64,000 nucleotides of DNA, taken from assembly GCA_964035575.1 (NCBI GenBank), contig OZ037843.1:930001-994000 (forward strand), read 5' to 3'. The position numbers and the translations under genes were made by a program. Position 1 is the first letter of the stretch, and each line of letters starts with the position of its first letter. Below, piece after piece: positions 12,281 to 24,658 of this stretch. Source of the DNA: Rhynchopus sp. YZ270_cl-10 (Eukaryota). The notes beneath the pieces are model-generated. The model did no database searches and was not told the DNA's origin. It saw only the letters and a list, made by a program, of their open reading frames with translations.

Positions 12281-14516
12281 CCTCAGTGAGGAGGTGTCCG
12301 CAGAGCTTCTGCATCTCTTTGAATATCATAAAGATCCACCCCACCCACCACCGTGCGAAAGCTCGGACCCTTTTTAGGCCAGGAATTCTAGTTTCTCCGC
12401 CGGAGGCCCAGAACTTCCGGCGCGCTACGCGCGCCGGGCTCGGGACGTATTTACCTTTTATGCACAAAATCACTATTCTTCATCAAAAATCCCGCTGCAT
12501 TTTTTACAATGTACCCTAATTTTTTTTCGCCTGCGGCGCCGCACGTAGCGCGCCCGGGTTTGGGACCCCTTCTTGAATTTCGAGGGGGCGGTTCACGTTA
12601 CAGTGGGTCCAGAATCGTAGTTCAATTTAACCCCGCTAAGTAACTCGACCAAAACGTGTATCAGCCAAGAACTTGTCCATTTTTTTCAAAATGACCCCGT
12701 TACAGTGAGGGTAAAAGTTTGCGGAGATGCTCGGAAAACCCGAAAAAGGCCAAAAATCCCCCCAAAAGGGAAAAACGAGAACATGTTTCGGCAGGGGGGC
12801 AGCGTGTTCTCAGAAAAATCCAAAAATCACCTGAAATCCTTATAAAAAACCTGGTGCCCGATCCAAAAAAATGGAAAAAGCCCGGGTGCCCGCCCACCCC
12901 TGCAAAAATCGACTTGTACAGCCATTGCTTTGGTGTGGGCTTGTTCACACCGGGCAGAGTGCGAGTTATTCTCAGCAACACGGCCCCGCCCGGCCCCCCA
13001 GATTTTTCCCGTAAGAAAACTACCTGCGCGAACCAGGCATTTTTTGTCCTCCCTCAAGTGCTCCCTCGAACCTGGCGGGAGGGAGGGAAATAGCTATTTA
13101 CTGACGCAGTGGTGGGTTTGTACGTCCAATGATGTTCTCGTACCTGGAGAGTGGACCGAGTGCGAGGTATGTTTTTAACCCCCGGTTTTCACCACCCCCG
13201 CTCCCCCTTTTCGACATTGTCCCGCTCTGGATGTACGTCTCGTCTCCGGATGTAAATTGAAGCTATTTTTTCCCGCCCAAATTAGCGACTACCAAGATTT
13301 GTGCTCCTCTATCTATCTCTTGTTGGGTGTCCGCCCCGGTACAGCCGGTCATGTACCAAGGTACACTGTTCACGAGAGGGTTTTGTATTTCAAGTCATTG
13401 ACTCAACTTCTTTTTTTTTGTTAGTAACGTCACTTTTGTCCTCAATTTCTCTTAACAGGTACCCGAACCGACGACCCTTCATTGTGACAGCGAAGCAGTG
13501 CCGACGGACGAGCTGGTGCAAATATTTCAAAATCAGGTGGCGACCGAGACCACCCCAATTATTATGAAACTCTTAGTCAGTCACTGCTATAGCCATTTAA
13601 CCCAGGGAGCATAGCTAGTGCAAGAAATTCGACTTCGGGATCCGGAAAGTCTGTCCTCTGCTTGCGGAGGACTAGGCACAAGAAAATATTGCGTTCCCCC
13701 AGAAACCAATTTTTGTCACAGTAATTTTTGCCCAGGGCATGCTCTTGAAGCATGGCGGCTTGGTGTGAGAAGGGGCAGTGTGTTGTTTTGTTCTAGATTT
13801 CAACGGTTGTTAGAACGAGTCAAGTGGATGCTTATCTAAACACTGACTTTAGTACAGACCCGAGAGATCACACATGACTTTGAGGAAAGAACAAAGCAAT
13901 GCATCTGTACCCGCACGCCAGGTTGTAGTTACTTCAGAATTTTCTTAAGTTTGCGCGAAAGAGAGCGGGGGCAACTCCTTTGTATCATAAGCCCGCTGTG
14001 CAGAACAAAGCGAGGAACCTTAAAACACTACCTGCGTGGTGGCTGAATTCACATCCCTTAGAATTACCAGAATTCAGCCTTTGTTGAAGTAACGTACATA
14101 CTTGTATGTGCGTGTCACGCTTCTCCATCCTTAAATGGGTGCACTGCTTCACTGCAGCGGGTAAGCCTCTCTCGACTAGTGCAAACTTAAGAATTTTCTG
14201 CTGGAACTTACCAAAATCGATTTTCTTTCACCCCAAACACCCGCAACACCCCACCTGCTACTTTGGTAGCCTGTGTTGTTGGGAGTTGGTTCTCATGTTG
14301 ATCCCCAGTGTTTTGCACTGCTTCTTCTGAGCCCAACGCTGTTTGGCCTGTCGACGTAATAAATACGAAGACAGGGCGGCGGTGCCAACAATTTTCCGAT
14401 GATGTAACGTTTATCTGATTGATTTATCGTTTGATATACCTTGTGTCCTACTTCATGCACACCCAAGAAAGGTTATTGAACGGTACTTTCAAGCGATACT
14501 TCGTTATGTCATTGGG

Positions 14517-14756
14517 GGTACCTGGGTACCTGGGTACCTGGGTACCTGGGTACCTGGGTACCTGGGTACCTGGGTACCTGGGTACCTGGGTACCTGGGTA
14601 CCTGGGTACCTGGGTACCTGGGTACCTGGGTACCTGGGTACCTGGGTACCTGGGTACCTGGGTACCTGGGTACCTGGGTACCTGGGTACCTGGGTACCTG
14701 GGTACCTGGGTACCTGGGTACCTGGGTACCTGGGTACCTGGGCACCTGGGTACCTG
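14517..14756. repeat. (GGTACCTG)n satellite, ~30 units
   Basis: Perfect 8-bp tandem array with one GGCACCTG variant at 14741. Confidence 0.97.
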
Positions 14757-15409
14757 GTGCCTGTATTTTGACAGGTGGTACCTGTCAAAATGACAGGTAC
14801 CACCTGTCAAAAAATTTCACCTGTCATTTTACTAGTAAGATCACCTGTCATGGTCATAACTAGTCCGTCGTGTGAGGGGGTAAGGGGGGGGGGTAAATTA
14901 CCATGTTATGGGTTAGGTCATGTTTTTGGGTGGGAAGGGGGGACTTTTTCATACACGGTGGGGTAAAATTTTGCACAACACAGTGTGACGACACATGCTC
15001 TCATGACAAATGTGTCATCTGAAAAAAATTCCTCACTTCCTTGCGACATCGCAAGCAGTCATGCATCATGGATCCACATCATCCACATCATCTTTCTGCC
15101 CGTGCCTGAACCATGACTGGTCAGGGATCACGGTGTTGCCTCAGATTCCGTGAGGTGTCCCAAACGTATCGCCCACGCAGCACAAACGTACCCACCTGCA
15201 CCCATCTACCTGCACACGTGATGTAAAACAGGGTGAAAGATTATTTGCACTTTACCCCTTTCCTCATTTCGAGCTTGTCTCCAGCTTCAAATCAGACGAG
15301 TCCTACAGTCTCCGGATGTACGACCCGCTGAACACATCAGCCCCTCCCAGCAAACCATAAAACAAAACAGGTATGCGCTGCACTAAGTGAAACTATTACC
15401 CCATAATTA

Positions 15410-15501
15410 CACGCCAGGTGGTGTTTTGCCACTCGTTCCCTGAACCCCCTCGCTTCGCTCGTGGGTTTAGGTCACTCGTGACAAAACACCACCTGGCGTG
15501 T
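15410..15501. repeat. Palindromic hairpin element
   Basis: CACGCCAGGTGGTGTTTTG...CAAAACACCACCTGGCGTG with a central CGCTTCGCTCG. Further hairpins at ~15530-15575 and 15801-15832. Confidence 0.7.
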
Positions 15502-16113
15502 TGCGGCGATAATTACCCAAAAATTACCTGGTGGCTGGTACTTTACCCCCCCAGGGGGGTAAAGTACCAGCCACAACAGGGTATTATAAGGGGGGGGGGG
15601 TAAATTACCATGTTATTTTGGCCTGAACCGTTTTTTTCTGAAAAAGGGGGTAAAATAAGGGGGGGGGGGGTAAATTTAGGGGGGGGGGTAAATGACCACG
15701 AATAGGACTGATATATTTTTTTGGGGACTCATGACACACATTTCCTTGTGTTTCTTGTTCCCGCTCGCTCGGATTTTTCAGGGGGGGGGGGAAAAAAACG
15801 TTCACCTAGATCCGGATTCGGATCTAGGTGAATTTTTTTTTACCACTCATTTGACCACTCATTGTACATTATGTATGGTATATTTTTTGGTCTCAAAGAG
15901 GTTTCCTCTGGCCAGGTCAGTGGGGAGCGTATTGTAGTACTAAAAAAAAATAATGTCACAGAGTATTTGGTGCACATTTTACAAAAACAAAACACAGCAA
16001 CCTTTTTCTTTTGAACCCGCAAAATGTCAGTCCCTACGTACCCAGAGGCGTTTGTACTATCAACGCCAACCTTTCTTTTTTGACGAACTAAAGTATTTTT
16101 TTTTTTCCCTGTG

Positions 16114-16225
16114 TGTGTGACTGAGTGTGGGGGATGCGTTCAAGAATTAAACTCTTCCCCCCCAAACCCCCTTTCATCTCTAGTTTTCCTTATCCAAACG
16201 TCGAGTGGACGCGTAATAATTTTTT
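16114..16225 (+). repeat. ~110-bp dispersed repeat (second copy 30946-31056)
   Basis: TGTGTGACTGAGTGTGGGG(G/T)ATGCGTTCAAGAATTAAACTCTTCCCCCC...ATCCAAACG...GCGTAATAATTTTTT in both copies. Confidence 0.8.
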
Positions 16226-16481
16226 TCACCCATTCAGTTGTTTTCATTTCTCTAAAATCGAGCCAAAGCGAATAAGATTGCTCAAAAGGCTCGTCTTATG
16301 GAAAACCCCTTTTTTTCTTTTTTCCAAAGCCATCTTTACTGGCTCACTTTTCTCTTTTCTGTTTTTCATCTCCGGCTGGCAGTCATTGGGCCAGCCGGAG
16401 GTGTCTGCATCAGTACCAATATGTATACTATATTTTTTCATTTTGCTTTCATTATAAATAATCAAACCCCCAACCCCCTAA

Positions 16482-16590
16482 TGGTGGCAGTATTGTGCTG
16501 GGAGATTGGAATGCGCAAAAATACATCAAAATTCACGTGTATTTTGATGTATTTTTGCGTATTCCAATGGGCCTCCCAGCACTGCCACCA
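16482..16590. mobile_element. Fold-back (palindromic) MITE; second copy 35778-35895
   Basis: GTGGCAGTATTGTG..TTGGAAT(A/G)CGCAAAA..TACATC / GATGTA..TTTTGCGTATTCCAA..ACTGCCAC, a near whole-length inverted repeat. Confidence 0.8.
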
Positions 16591-16719
16591 TTACCAACTC
16601 CCCCATACATTCACCTTACACTACAGCGCTTTTCGATAGTTTTTTTTCTCCTCCCCCCCTCTTGGGGGGGAGGGGATGGGCGGTATAGCAAAAAAAACAA
16701 AATAGTGGAGCACACTCTA

Positions 16720-16938
16720 GGCATAGTGTGCAGACGAACATTTTTGGTTCGTCGACGAACAAAATGTTCTTCGGTTTTGTTCGTCGATGTTCGTCGACGA
16801 ACATCGACGAACATCGACGAACAGGTCCCTGCCACAAGGGCAACCCACGACGAACAACGACGAACATCGACGAACAAAATTTTTTTTTCCCCCCATGACG
16901 AACATCGACGAACATTTTGTTCGTCTGCACACTATGTC
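16720..16938. mobile_element. TA-flanked MITE with GACGAAC internal repeats, inserted in the hairpin SINE-like element
   Basis: TIR GGCATAGTGTGCAGACGAACA / TGTTCGTCTGCACACTATGTC with TA on each side. Removing it restores the host element to consensus length. Confidence 0.8.
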
Positions 16939-17224
16939 TAGGGTGGCTACACTAATACAACCAAGTTTTCAAAAAAAAAAAAAAAATTCACAAAACGCGG
17001 TCAGGTTTACTGTGGATAGCTCCAAATAGAGTAGACACGGTAGCGCCACCAATACGAAGGTCTTAAAGGTGAGAGACAGTAGTGAAGTCTTCTTTGAGTC
17101 GCGATGCAATCGCGGGGGGGGGGGCACGAAATTACATTCTGAAACAAAAGACAACGCGATTTGTCAGGTGATCAGACGGTGTCAGTTTTTTTTATTTTAT
17201 TTTTTTATGTTCATGGATTACAAA

Positions 17225-17560
17225 AGATCTTAATTAAGATATGAGCGGAAAACACCGTTTTTCTAAGATCTTAGTGTTTTCTTAAAATTAAGTAAGATCT
17301 TAGTGTTTTGTGTTGAATATCTTAGTTTTTTTTTGTTAAGATCTTAGTTTCCACCAAAAAAAACTAACATCTTAAAAACAAAACTAAGATCTTAAAAATA
17401 AAGTGGCTACGATCTTAGAAAAAAAAACTAAGATCTTAGAAAAAAAAACTAAGATCTTAGTTTTTTGGTGTTTTTTTCCACTAAGATCTTAGTGGAAAAA
17501 AAAAAACTAAGAAGATATCAAAACCCCGCTCAAAAAAAAAATTCCCCTTACTAAGATCTT
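17225..17560. repeat. Cluster of palindromic TAAGATCTTA motifs (probable MITE interior)
   Basis: Roughly ten (CT)AAGATCTT(AG) motifs separated by A/T runs. Termini could not be defined. Confidence 0.65.
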
Positions 17561-20310
17561 TTGTTTTCCATGTATGTTGAACATTTCCACTCCCCGAAAT
17601 AAAAAAAATCCCTCTCTCCCCCTCTCTTGCTTTAGTTAAAAGATGTGTGTCCACGAGAGGCACATCCATTCTATCTTTTAGTTAAGGTGACTAAGCACGA
17701 AAGGCTTAGATTCGTCTTAAGATCTTTTTTTCTCTGTTTCTTTAGTTGGCACCCCACTGTGAGACCCAGAGACGTCTGTAGGTTCTCGTCTAGCCTAAGG
17801 GTTGCCAGTTTTATTTTTTCTTTTTTTTTTTCTTTTTTTTTTCTTGTTATCTTTACCTGAAGTGCGGTCAGTCGGAGGTGCCTGCATCAATAACTACCCT
17901 TCTGAGTACGGCACTCCCCGGTGTTTTTTATTACTGATAATTCCCCTGCTCCAAATAAACGAGGTGAATACCGAAATTATCTTATATTTCCCACGAATCG
18001 TTCTATTAACGGAGTTAGCGGACATATTTTTTTTTTTGGTTTGCTGGTGTTCCTGAAACACCTGTCAAGGACATGTCAATATAGGCCCCCTCTGGGACAC
18101 CATTAGCAGATATATTGTTTTTTTTTTTTGACATTTAGTGTCAGTTTTTTGGGCATATTCGTAACACGCGGAATATTTCCCAAGGTGTGCGTTTTTCTAT
18201 ATTTTTCTTTTTTTGGATGTATGTGCACGAGAGGCATATTCAGCGTTAAGTTTTTTTTTTTTTTTTTTTTTTTTTGTTTTTTTTTTTTGTACTCAGGTAG
18301 CTGCGTGCCGTGAAGGTGATCGTGTGCTAATACAGAGTACAAAGTTATCTTTCAGTTCTTAATAGTATCGTTGTGTTGGGTAGTTCCTGCATGAAACGTT
18401 GCCCAGCACAAAATATGTGTGCATGTGTGTGTGTGTGCGTGTTTTGATAAAACAGGAGACAGATGCTTCTTGATCTGTCGAGCTTTTGTCTTTTTTCTTT
18501 GTCTTTCACGACTTCTCTTCATGTCACGACCACACACACACACACACCCACCCACCCACCCCACTCTCTCTCTCTCTCTGTCTGTCTGTCTTATTCTCTA
18601 CCCCACAACTCCTAATTTTCGTAGCGTTACAGCACAGCCACACCCCGTGCACAATACGAGAAACCATTCAGCAACCAAGAGGCAAATTTTGCGGAACTGA
18701 TTTACCCTATACATGTTCCATGTGGTGGATGGCATGTTGCATGTGAACACCCCTCGTACAAATGTGCCCCTCGCGTATTAACAAAAATGACGTTGTTTTC
18801 GACCAAAAATACGCTTATTTTTAACAGCCCGTTATTTACATAAATTTATGTAAATATTATACGGGAGGGGGGGTTTAATCAAATATGACATTGTACTGCA
18901 TGGAATTCCACGTAATGTATGTCACTTCACTGTCGTGCGACCCACCCAAGCATGGGGGGAGGGGAATGCTGTTTGCTGTGTTTCCCCTTTCGCGACAGTG
19001 AAGTACATTTGCTTGACCTGTGGTTTTTCGTGTTCTTTTATTTGCAGTCGATATTGTGTTGCGTTTGCATTTTTTGAAATCGGATTTTTTTGTAATACCC
19101 AATGCAGAAGACTGCCCAATTGCATGGACATGCGCAAAGCAGTTGTGGGCAGTTCCTAAGAGCGTAACGTATTACCCAGGATCGCGTACGTGCCCTTTAC
19201 CGAATGAGTCATGTATCATGTCACTCTCTCTTCCCGAGGCTTAGGGCCATCTTGCTGACTTTCCCCCCCTTCTCATAACCTATTATGCATACGGACCGAG
19301 TCCGGCCGACTCAGCCTGAGTTTTGGCTGAGCCCAGGCTGAGTTATATTTACCGGACTGAGTCCACGCTGATCCGAGGTAGAGGTGAGTCAGTCCAGACC
19401 CCCTCAGCCTGGACTCAGTCTGTAGTAGTTATTTATTTGGGGGGGTATTTTTCTGCCCGGCTCGGGCGGTATGCATAGTATGTCATGCAGAATTTTCAAG
19501 AGTTTTTTCTTTTTTTTTTTTCGTTTGTACCATCAACTTCACCCTTTTTAAAATTCCTCCCTCGTGTAACGAAAAAAAACGCCGACAGCAGCCTTTGTTG
19601 TTGTTGGGTGTACATCGATCGAATTAGTCTACACAAGAATAACGAGCCGCCAGGGCTAATAGCAAGTCGAAAAATTTAAAAAAAAAAAAAAAAAAAAAAG
19701 CCCCTAGCCAGGGGGGCAAAGTGGGGAAGGGAGTCTTTCAAGACGATCCATCGTCTTTCCTCAGCCGAGCCTCAGTGCGTCAGTTCGCTACCCCCTGCCC
19801 CCCTTTTTTTTTGTCCGGTAGTGCCTGCGTCCCAGAGGCGTTTGTACTATCAAAAGCCTCACTTTTCTCCTCCCCACCCCCTTTTTTGTTTATTTTTGTT
19901 TTAGATAAATTGATGGAATAGTGTGGCCTACCTGTGCAAAGCTCAACTTTCCAATTTTACAAATAAAGTGAAAATCGCCCCGGAGTGTCGTGAACCAGCT
20001 GTCGGGGGCGACGTTGGTCCGTCATAACCTTCTGGGGCAATTGTCAAATAAGACTCAATACAAAAGGAGGGTCAGAAGAGAAGCATCTTGAGTGCCTCAT
20101 TTACCCCCGCCACTTTGTGTGGGTGGACATGATAAGCACAGCATTTCTTGACAAAAAGACGAAGGCGACGAAGGTTCCCAAAAAAAAATGGGGTGACTTT
20201 TTTTTTTTTTTTTTGGTTTATTTCAAGGTGAGGACAGCAAGCGAGAGACTCGGGTCGTCTTTGCCAACTTTTTTCTCTTTTCTTGGTGTGGCAGCGGTTA
20301 CTGTAGGGGG

Positions 20311-21255
20311 TCTGTACTCTGTACTCTGTACTCTGTACTCTGTACTCTGTACTCTGTACTCTGTACTCTGTACTCTGTACTCTGTACTCTGTACTCTGTA
20401 CTCTGTACTCTGTACTCTGTACTCTGTACTCTGTACTCTGTACTCTGTACTCTGTACTCTGTACTCTGTACTCTGTACTCTGTACTCTGTACTCTGTACT
20501 CTGTACTCTGTACTCTGTACTCTGTACTCTGTACTCTGTACTCTGTACTCTGTACTCTGTACTCTGTACTCTGTACTCTGTACTCTGTACTCTGTACTCT
20601 GTACTCTGTACTCTGTACTCTGTACTCTGTACTCTGTACTCTGTACTCTGTACTCTGTACTCTGTACTCTGTACTCTGTACTCTGTACTCTGTACTCTGT
20701 ACTCTGTACTCTGTACTCTGTACTCTGTACTCTGTACTCTGTACTCTGTACTCTGTACTCTGTACTCTGTACTCTGTACTCTGTACTCTGTACTCTGTAC
20801 TCTGTACTCTGTACTCTGTACTCTGTACTCTGTACTCTGTACTCTGTACTCTGTACTCTGTACTCTGTACTCTGTACTCTGTACTCTGTACTCTGTACTC
20901 TGTACTCTGTACTCTGTACTCTGTACTCTGTACTCTGTACTCTGTACTCTGTACTCTGTACTCTGTACTCTGTACTCTGTACTCTGTACTCTGTACTCTG
21001 TACTCTGTACTCTGTACTCTGTACTCTGTACTCTGTACTCTGTACTCTGTACTCTGTACTCTGTACTCTGTACTCTGTACTCTGTACTCTGTACTCTGTA
21101 CTCTGTACTCTGTACTCTGTACTCTGTACTCTGTACTCTGTACTCTGTACTCTGTACTCTGTACTCTGTACTCTGTACTCTGTACTCTGTACTCTGTACT
21201 CTGTACTCTGTACTCTGTACTCTGTACTCTGCACTCTGCACTCTGCACTCTGCAC
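20311..21255. repeat. (GTACTCT)n satellite, ~135 units
   Basis: Perfect 7-bp tandem array; the last four units are GCACTCT variants. Confidence 0.97.
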
Positions 21256-22144
21256 ACCCTCCCACACTGCATGCCAACCACATAACACGGGAAATCGGTT
21301 ATGCAGCCACACCATGAAATTCTCTTCTCATTTTTTTTATTTTATTTTTTTGTTTTGTTTTTTTTTTGTTTTTGTTCTTGGATGAGGCTTGTACTAATCC
21401 TTTCTAAGCGTCAGACCAATGCTCGCCATTGCCACACCATGGGTAAAGTGTGCAGTCTGTAGACCTACCTGCAGGTAAAATGCTCTATTTTCACCTATTG
21501 CTGTTTATTTTGCCGTTGCCCGGGACTCTGTGTTCGTGGGCAACGCAATTTTCCACACACCTTCCTTCAACCCCCCCTGTAGGGCCAAGGTAAGGTAAAT
21601 TTCCTTAAAGGGTTCCTTCTTTTTCTTCTTCTTCTTTTTTACTTAATAACAGACTTTCAATCACACTGGAAAAAAAAAAAATAAAAAGAGTTTCTTCGCA
21701 TTCTTTTCTTTTATCATCAAACATTCCCCATGACTGTCCTTCTTACCCCCGTTCCTACGGTGGACTGGTCATGACCAACCCTTTGACCGGTCAAAGGATA
21801 CGATGCTGGTGGACAAAAAACTCCTTCGATTGAAAATGGTATCTTAATCACTTTAACCAGTCAACCTAAGAGAATGCACTGGAATTTTTATGTAAGTACG
21901 ACAGTCTGATTTGTAGCTCTTTCTCTCTTTGCCCCCCTCGCCACCACCGTCACAGGATTTATTATTTTGTTGTCTTCATCCGTATTTTGTTTCCTTTGGA
22001 CCGTGCGAATTCTGTGGCTTCTGTCTCATAACAGTCTACTTCATTTTTCTATTATTTTTTTGCGTATTTTTTTTTTGCCACAGTTGTGCAAATCTCCACT
22101 TTTATTTCTTTTTTTTGTTGCTTTCTCATCCATTTTTTCTTCAT

Positions 22145-24277
22145 ATGGTACGAGCTGTACGCGAATGGCTGGAACGGGTATTATCGCTGAATGGAGAGGC
22201 AACTGAGACAGAGCGCAGCCAGCGTGTCGTGATGTTGTGCGTTCTGGCACTTGGCATCGTTCTTGAGATGCTTCTGCTCTCGGTGTTCCTCAATGTGATT
22301 GAAGACTATCCAGTACATTCTGCCGCAATGTGTCTGTTGATCTTGATCAGCACCATGACCTTGCTTCGCTTGGTTTTCGGTTATCGCCTTGAGATGTGGT
22401 ATATCACTACAATGGTCTGTCTTTTCGGTGTAATCAGTCTTATGATGGATCTTTCTGCACGCACCGTTGCCCGTGTGGTGTGGCCGTTGTTTATTGTGGT
22501 GGGAGATCTTATGTTGGTGATGCGGGTGGATTCCTATATTACGACCGGGTATGTTGTCTCGGTGGTGGTCTGGCTTTTTGTGGTTTATGCAGAGACTGTG
22601 ACAAGGTTTGGGTTGTTCGATGTGCCTGGGTTGGTGTCGCAGGAGCTAAGGAGGAATGGGGTGAGAGAAGGGTCGGGGTGTGTGGAGCTCCCCTGTGCGA
22701 CCAAATGGAACTACAGTATAGTCGATTTGTTGACAGCGTTGGTAGTGTTTCTGGTAGATTTTATCGCGACGCGGGCCTTTGCAAGGCAGGTTCTTGCAGA
22801 GCAAGGAGTCATGCAGCATACCATTGCAACGGTCCAAGAGGTAACCCGTCTCCTTGCACGGTACGATGTTGATGGTGTATCCCGCATGCTTGCGGACACA
22901 GAGCTGCCTCCGGTGATGCAAGAAACGCTGCACCAAATGGAAGGGAACCTCCGCCGTTACCGTCCCTACCTCCCCGCAGCGCTGTTTGAGGAGGAGGCTG
23001 AAGTAACCGAGAAGGCTGCGGCCACAACCTCAGTGGCGCCTTCAAGGGATGGTGAGGTGGCAACAATTGTGTTCACAGACATCCGTGCCTCGACGTCGAT
23101 ATGGGAGTGTGCACCGGATGGGATGCGTGCTGGATTGAAGATACACAACCGTGTGATGCGTGAGGTGATGCAGATGTTTGGTGGGTACGAAGTGAAGACG
23201 ATAGGTGACGCCTTCATGATTGCCTTTGAAACAACAGCAGACGGGGTGGACTTTGCCCTGTGCGCGCATGAGAAGCTGCTCGCAGCAGACTGGCCTGCGT
23301 CGTTGCTTGAGGTCCCCATCTGCGCACCACATGACTCTCTGTGGGGTGGCCTCACTGTGCGCATTGGTGTCAACACCGGCCCTGTCGCGATCGAACAGAA
23401 CACACTCACTGGACGGACAGACTACTTCGGACACACTGTCAACGTTGCATCACGCCTTGAGAGCACATGCACGCCTGGAGCTGTTGCTGTTCCCTCTGAC
23501 CTGTGGACGTCTGACTGCGGCACATGCAGTGGTGTTGAGGGTATGTCTGAGGCGCTAGACCTGAAGGGTGTGACTGGTGCCATTTTTGTGTGCCCCGTAT
23601 GGCCTGTGTCGCTTGTGGGGCGGAAGCACCGTCGGCTTGACTCTTTAGCACCTGCATCGACGGACTCGCGGCAGCACCTGACGCCTTGCGCAAGCTACTC
23701 AGCAAGCGTCGCCCCCGAGACCGCACCCCCTATGCTCGGCCAGGTGTTGGGCACCATCGGCGTGGCCGAGCTTGCTGCCATCGACAAAGGCACCTTTGCA
23801 CTGCACTGCATCAACGCCGGCCTTTCAACTCTCACTGCCGTACTGGACCAGAGTGGCGGCAGCCTTGTCACGCTCCTTGGAAACTGCGTCTGCGTGTCGT
23901 GGAACGTGACCCGCTCTGCCCCTGCACACATGGAGAACGCGATCCGCTTTGCACAACGCATGGGAACAACCACAGCGCTAGAAGGCCTGGGCCTCGCAAG
24001 CGGGCCTGTGCAGCATGGTGATGTGGGGGCACGCAGGCAGCGCTTTGTGACGGTGATGGGGACAACTGTGCGCCGGAGCTGGACGCTGTGCGAAGAGGCT
24101 GTGCACGAAGGGGTGTGCCTCTACGAGCCCCCCGTGGGTACTGTCTTCCCCACCTCCCTGGCTAGCGATCTTGAGACGGATGAGCGTCGGATTGGTGTAT
24201 ACAAAGTTTTTGAACCCTTCCCCGACAACGAGACGCGCCAGCAAGAGACACCAGCAGGCAACAAAGAACATTTTTGA
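22145..24277 (+). CDS. Membrane-bound adenylate cyclase: ~6 TM, intact class III domain, second degenerate cyclase domain (710 aa)
   Basis: IVFTDIRAST (Asp1), YEVKTIGDAFM (Lys, Asp2), VRIGVNTGPV, DYFGHTVNVASRLE (Asp, Asn, Arg): the full adenylate-specific residue set. The TM region shares WP..VV.D..LVM.V, RFGL.D.PGL, C..LPC and VDFI.TR.FA with the array genes. Confidence 0.9.
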   Translation: MVRAVREWLERVLSLNGEATETERSQRVVMLCVLALGIVLEMLLLSVFLNVIEDYPVHSAAMCLLILISTMTLLRLVFGYRLEMWYITTMVCLFGVISLMMDLSARTVARVVWPLFIVVGDLMLVMRVDSYITTGYVVSVVVWLFVVYAETVTRFGLFDVPGLVSQELRRNGVREGSGCVELPCATKWNYSIVDLLTALVVFLVDFIATRAFARQVLAEQGVMQHTIATVQEVTRLLARYDVDGVSRMLADTELPPVMQETLHQMEGNLRRYRPYLPAALFEEEAEVTEKAAATTSVAPSRDGEVATIVFTDIRASTSIWECAPDGMRAGLKIHNRVMREVMQMFGGYEVKTIGDAFMIAFETTADGVDFALCAHEKLLAADWPASLLEVPICAPHDSLWGGLTVRIGVNTGPVAIEQNTLTGRTDYFGHTVNVASRLESTCTPGAVAVPSDLWTSDCGTCSGVEGMSEALDLKGVTGAIFVCPVWPVSLVGRKHRRLDSLAPASTDSRQHLTPCASYSASVAPETAPPMLGQVLGTIGVAELAAIDKGTFALHCINAGLSTLTAVLDQSGGSLVTLLGNCVCVSWNVTRSAPAHMENAIRFAQRMGTTTALEGLGLASGPVQHGDVGARRQRFVTVMGTTVRRSWTLCEEAVHEGVCLYEPPVGTVFPTSLASDLETDERRIGVYKVFEPFPDNETRQQETPAGNKEHF

Positions 24278-24658
24278 GATAAAACAGAGGGGAAAAAGAG
24301 AAAAATAAACCGAACTATATGATCGCCAACTGATGATTAGCTTGATAAAAGAACGCGAAAAAAAATGACAAAAAAAGAAGAGAAAAAAAAAATCGCAGCC
24401 CTCTACAGGTTGTCAAAAGATCTGTGTGGCGCAAAGTGAATCAAAAGGAAATAAATGCCGTTTTTTTTCAAATCATCTGAACGTTGGCTTTCATCGGTTT
24501 CTACATCACACTATTGTGTCAGGGGAGGGGGGACTACCTTCGCCGTACGTTGCCCTTTCACAAGGGTAAAACCTCGGTGGATCTGAACATGAATGAATAA
24601 GGCACGGTGCAGAAAAAAGTTGATGGGGACAGCGCACACGTGAGCAAATACATTTTAC

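Larger units (their letters stand above)
11302..14872. mobile_element. Nested CAC...GTG element (CMC/EnSpm-like termini) with TGACAGGT subterminal repeats
   Basis: TIR CACGACGGACTAGTTATG(G/A)CCATGACAGGTGAT at both ends, with many TGACAGGT(GGTACCTGTCA) motifs in both arms. Flanked by TG/TG, a possible 2-bp TSD. Confidence 0.75.
11208..15710. mobile_element. Outer DNA transposon derivative with TIR CAGTCCTATTCGTGGTCATTTACCCCCCCCC
   Basis: Exact inverted match between 11206-11238 and ~15680-15712. G(n)TAAA motifs repeat near both ends. Contains nested elements. Confidence 0.7.

Noticed and set aside
14419..14810. VPGYLGTW / YPGTQVPR repeat ORFs
   Set aside because: These are translations of the (GGTACCTG)n satellite.
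20311..21255. Similarity of TCTGTACT to the euglenozoan spliced-leader core, and of GCAGAGTAC (minus strand) to the SMART adaptor end
   Set aside because: Only 8-9 nt match; neither a full spliced leader nor a full adaptor is present.
20072..21385. 300-420 aa ORFs on both strands (VQSTEYR / LYSVLCT repeats)
   Set aside because: These are by-products of a stop-free 7-bp satellite.
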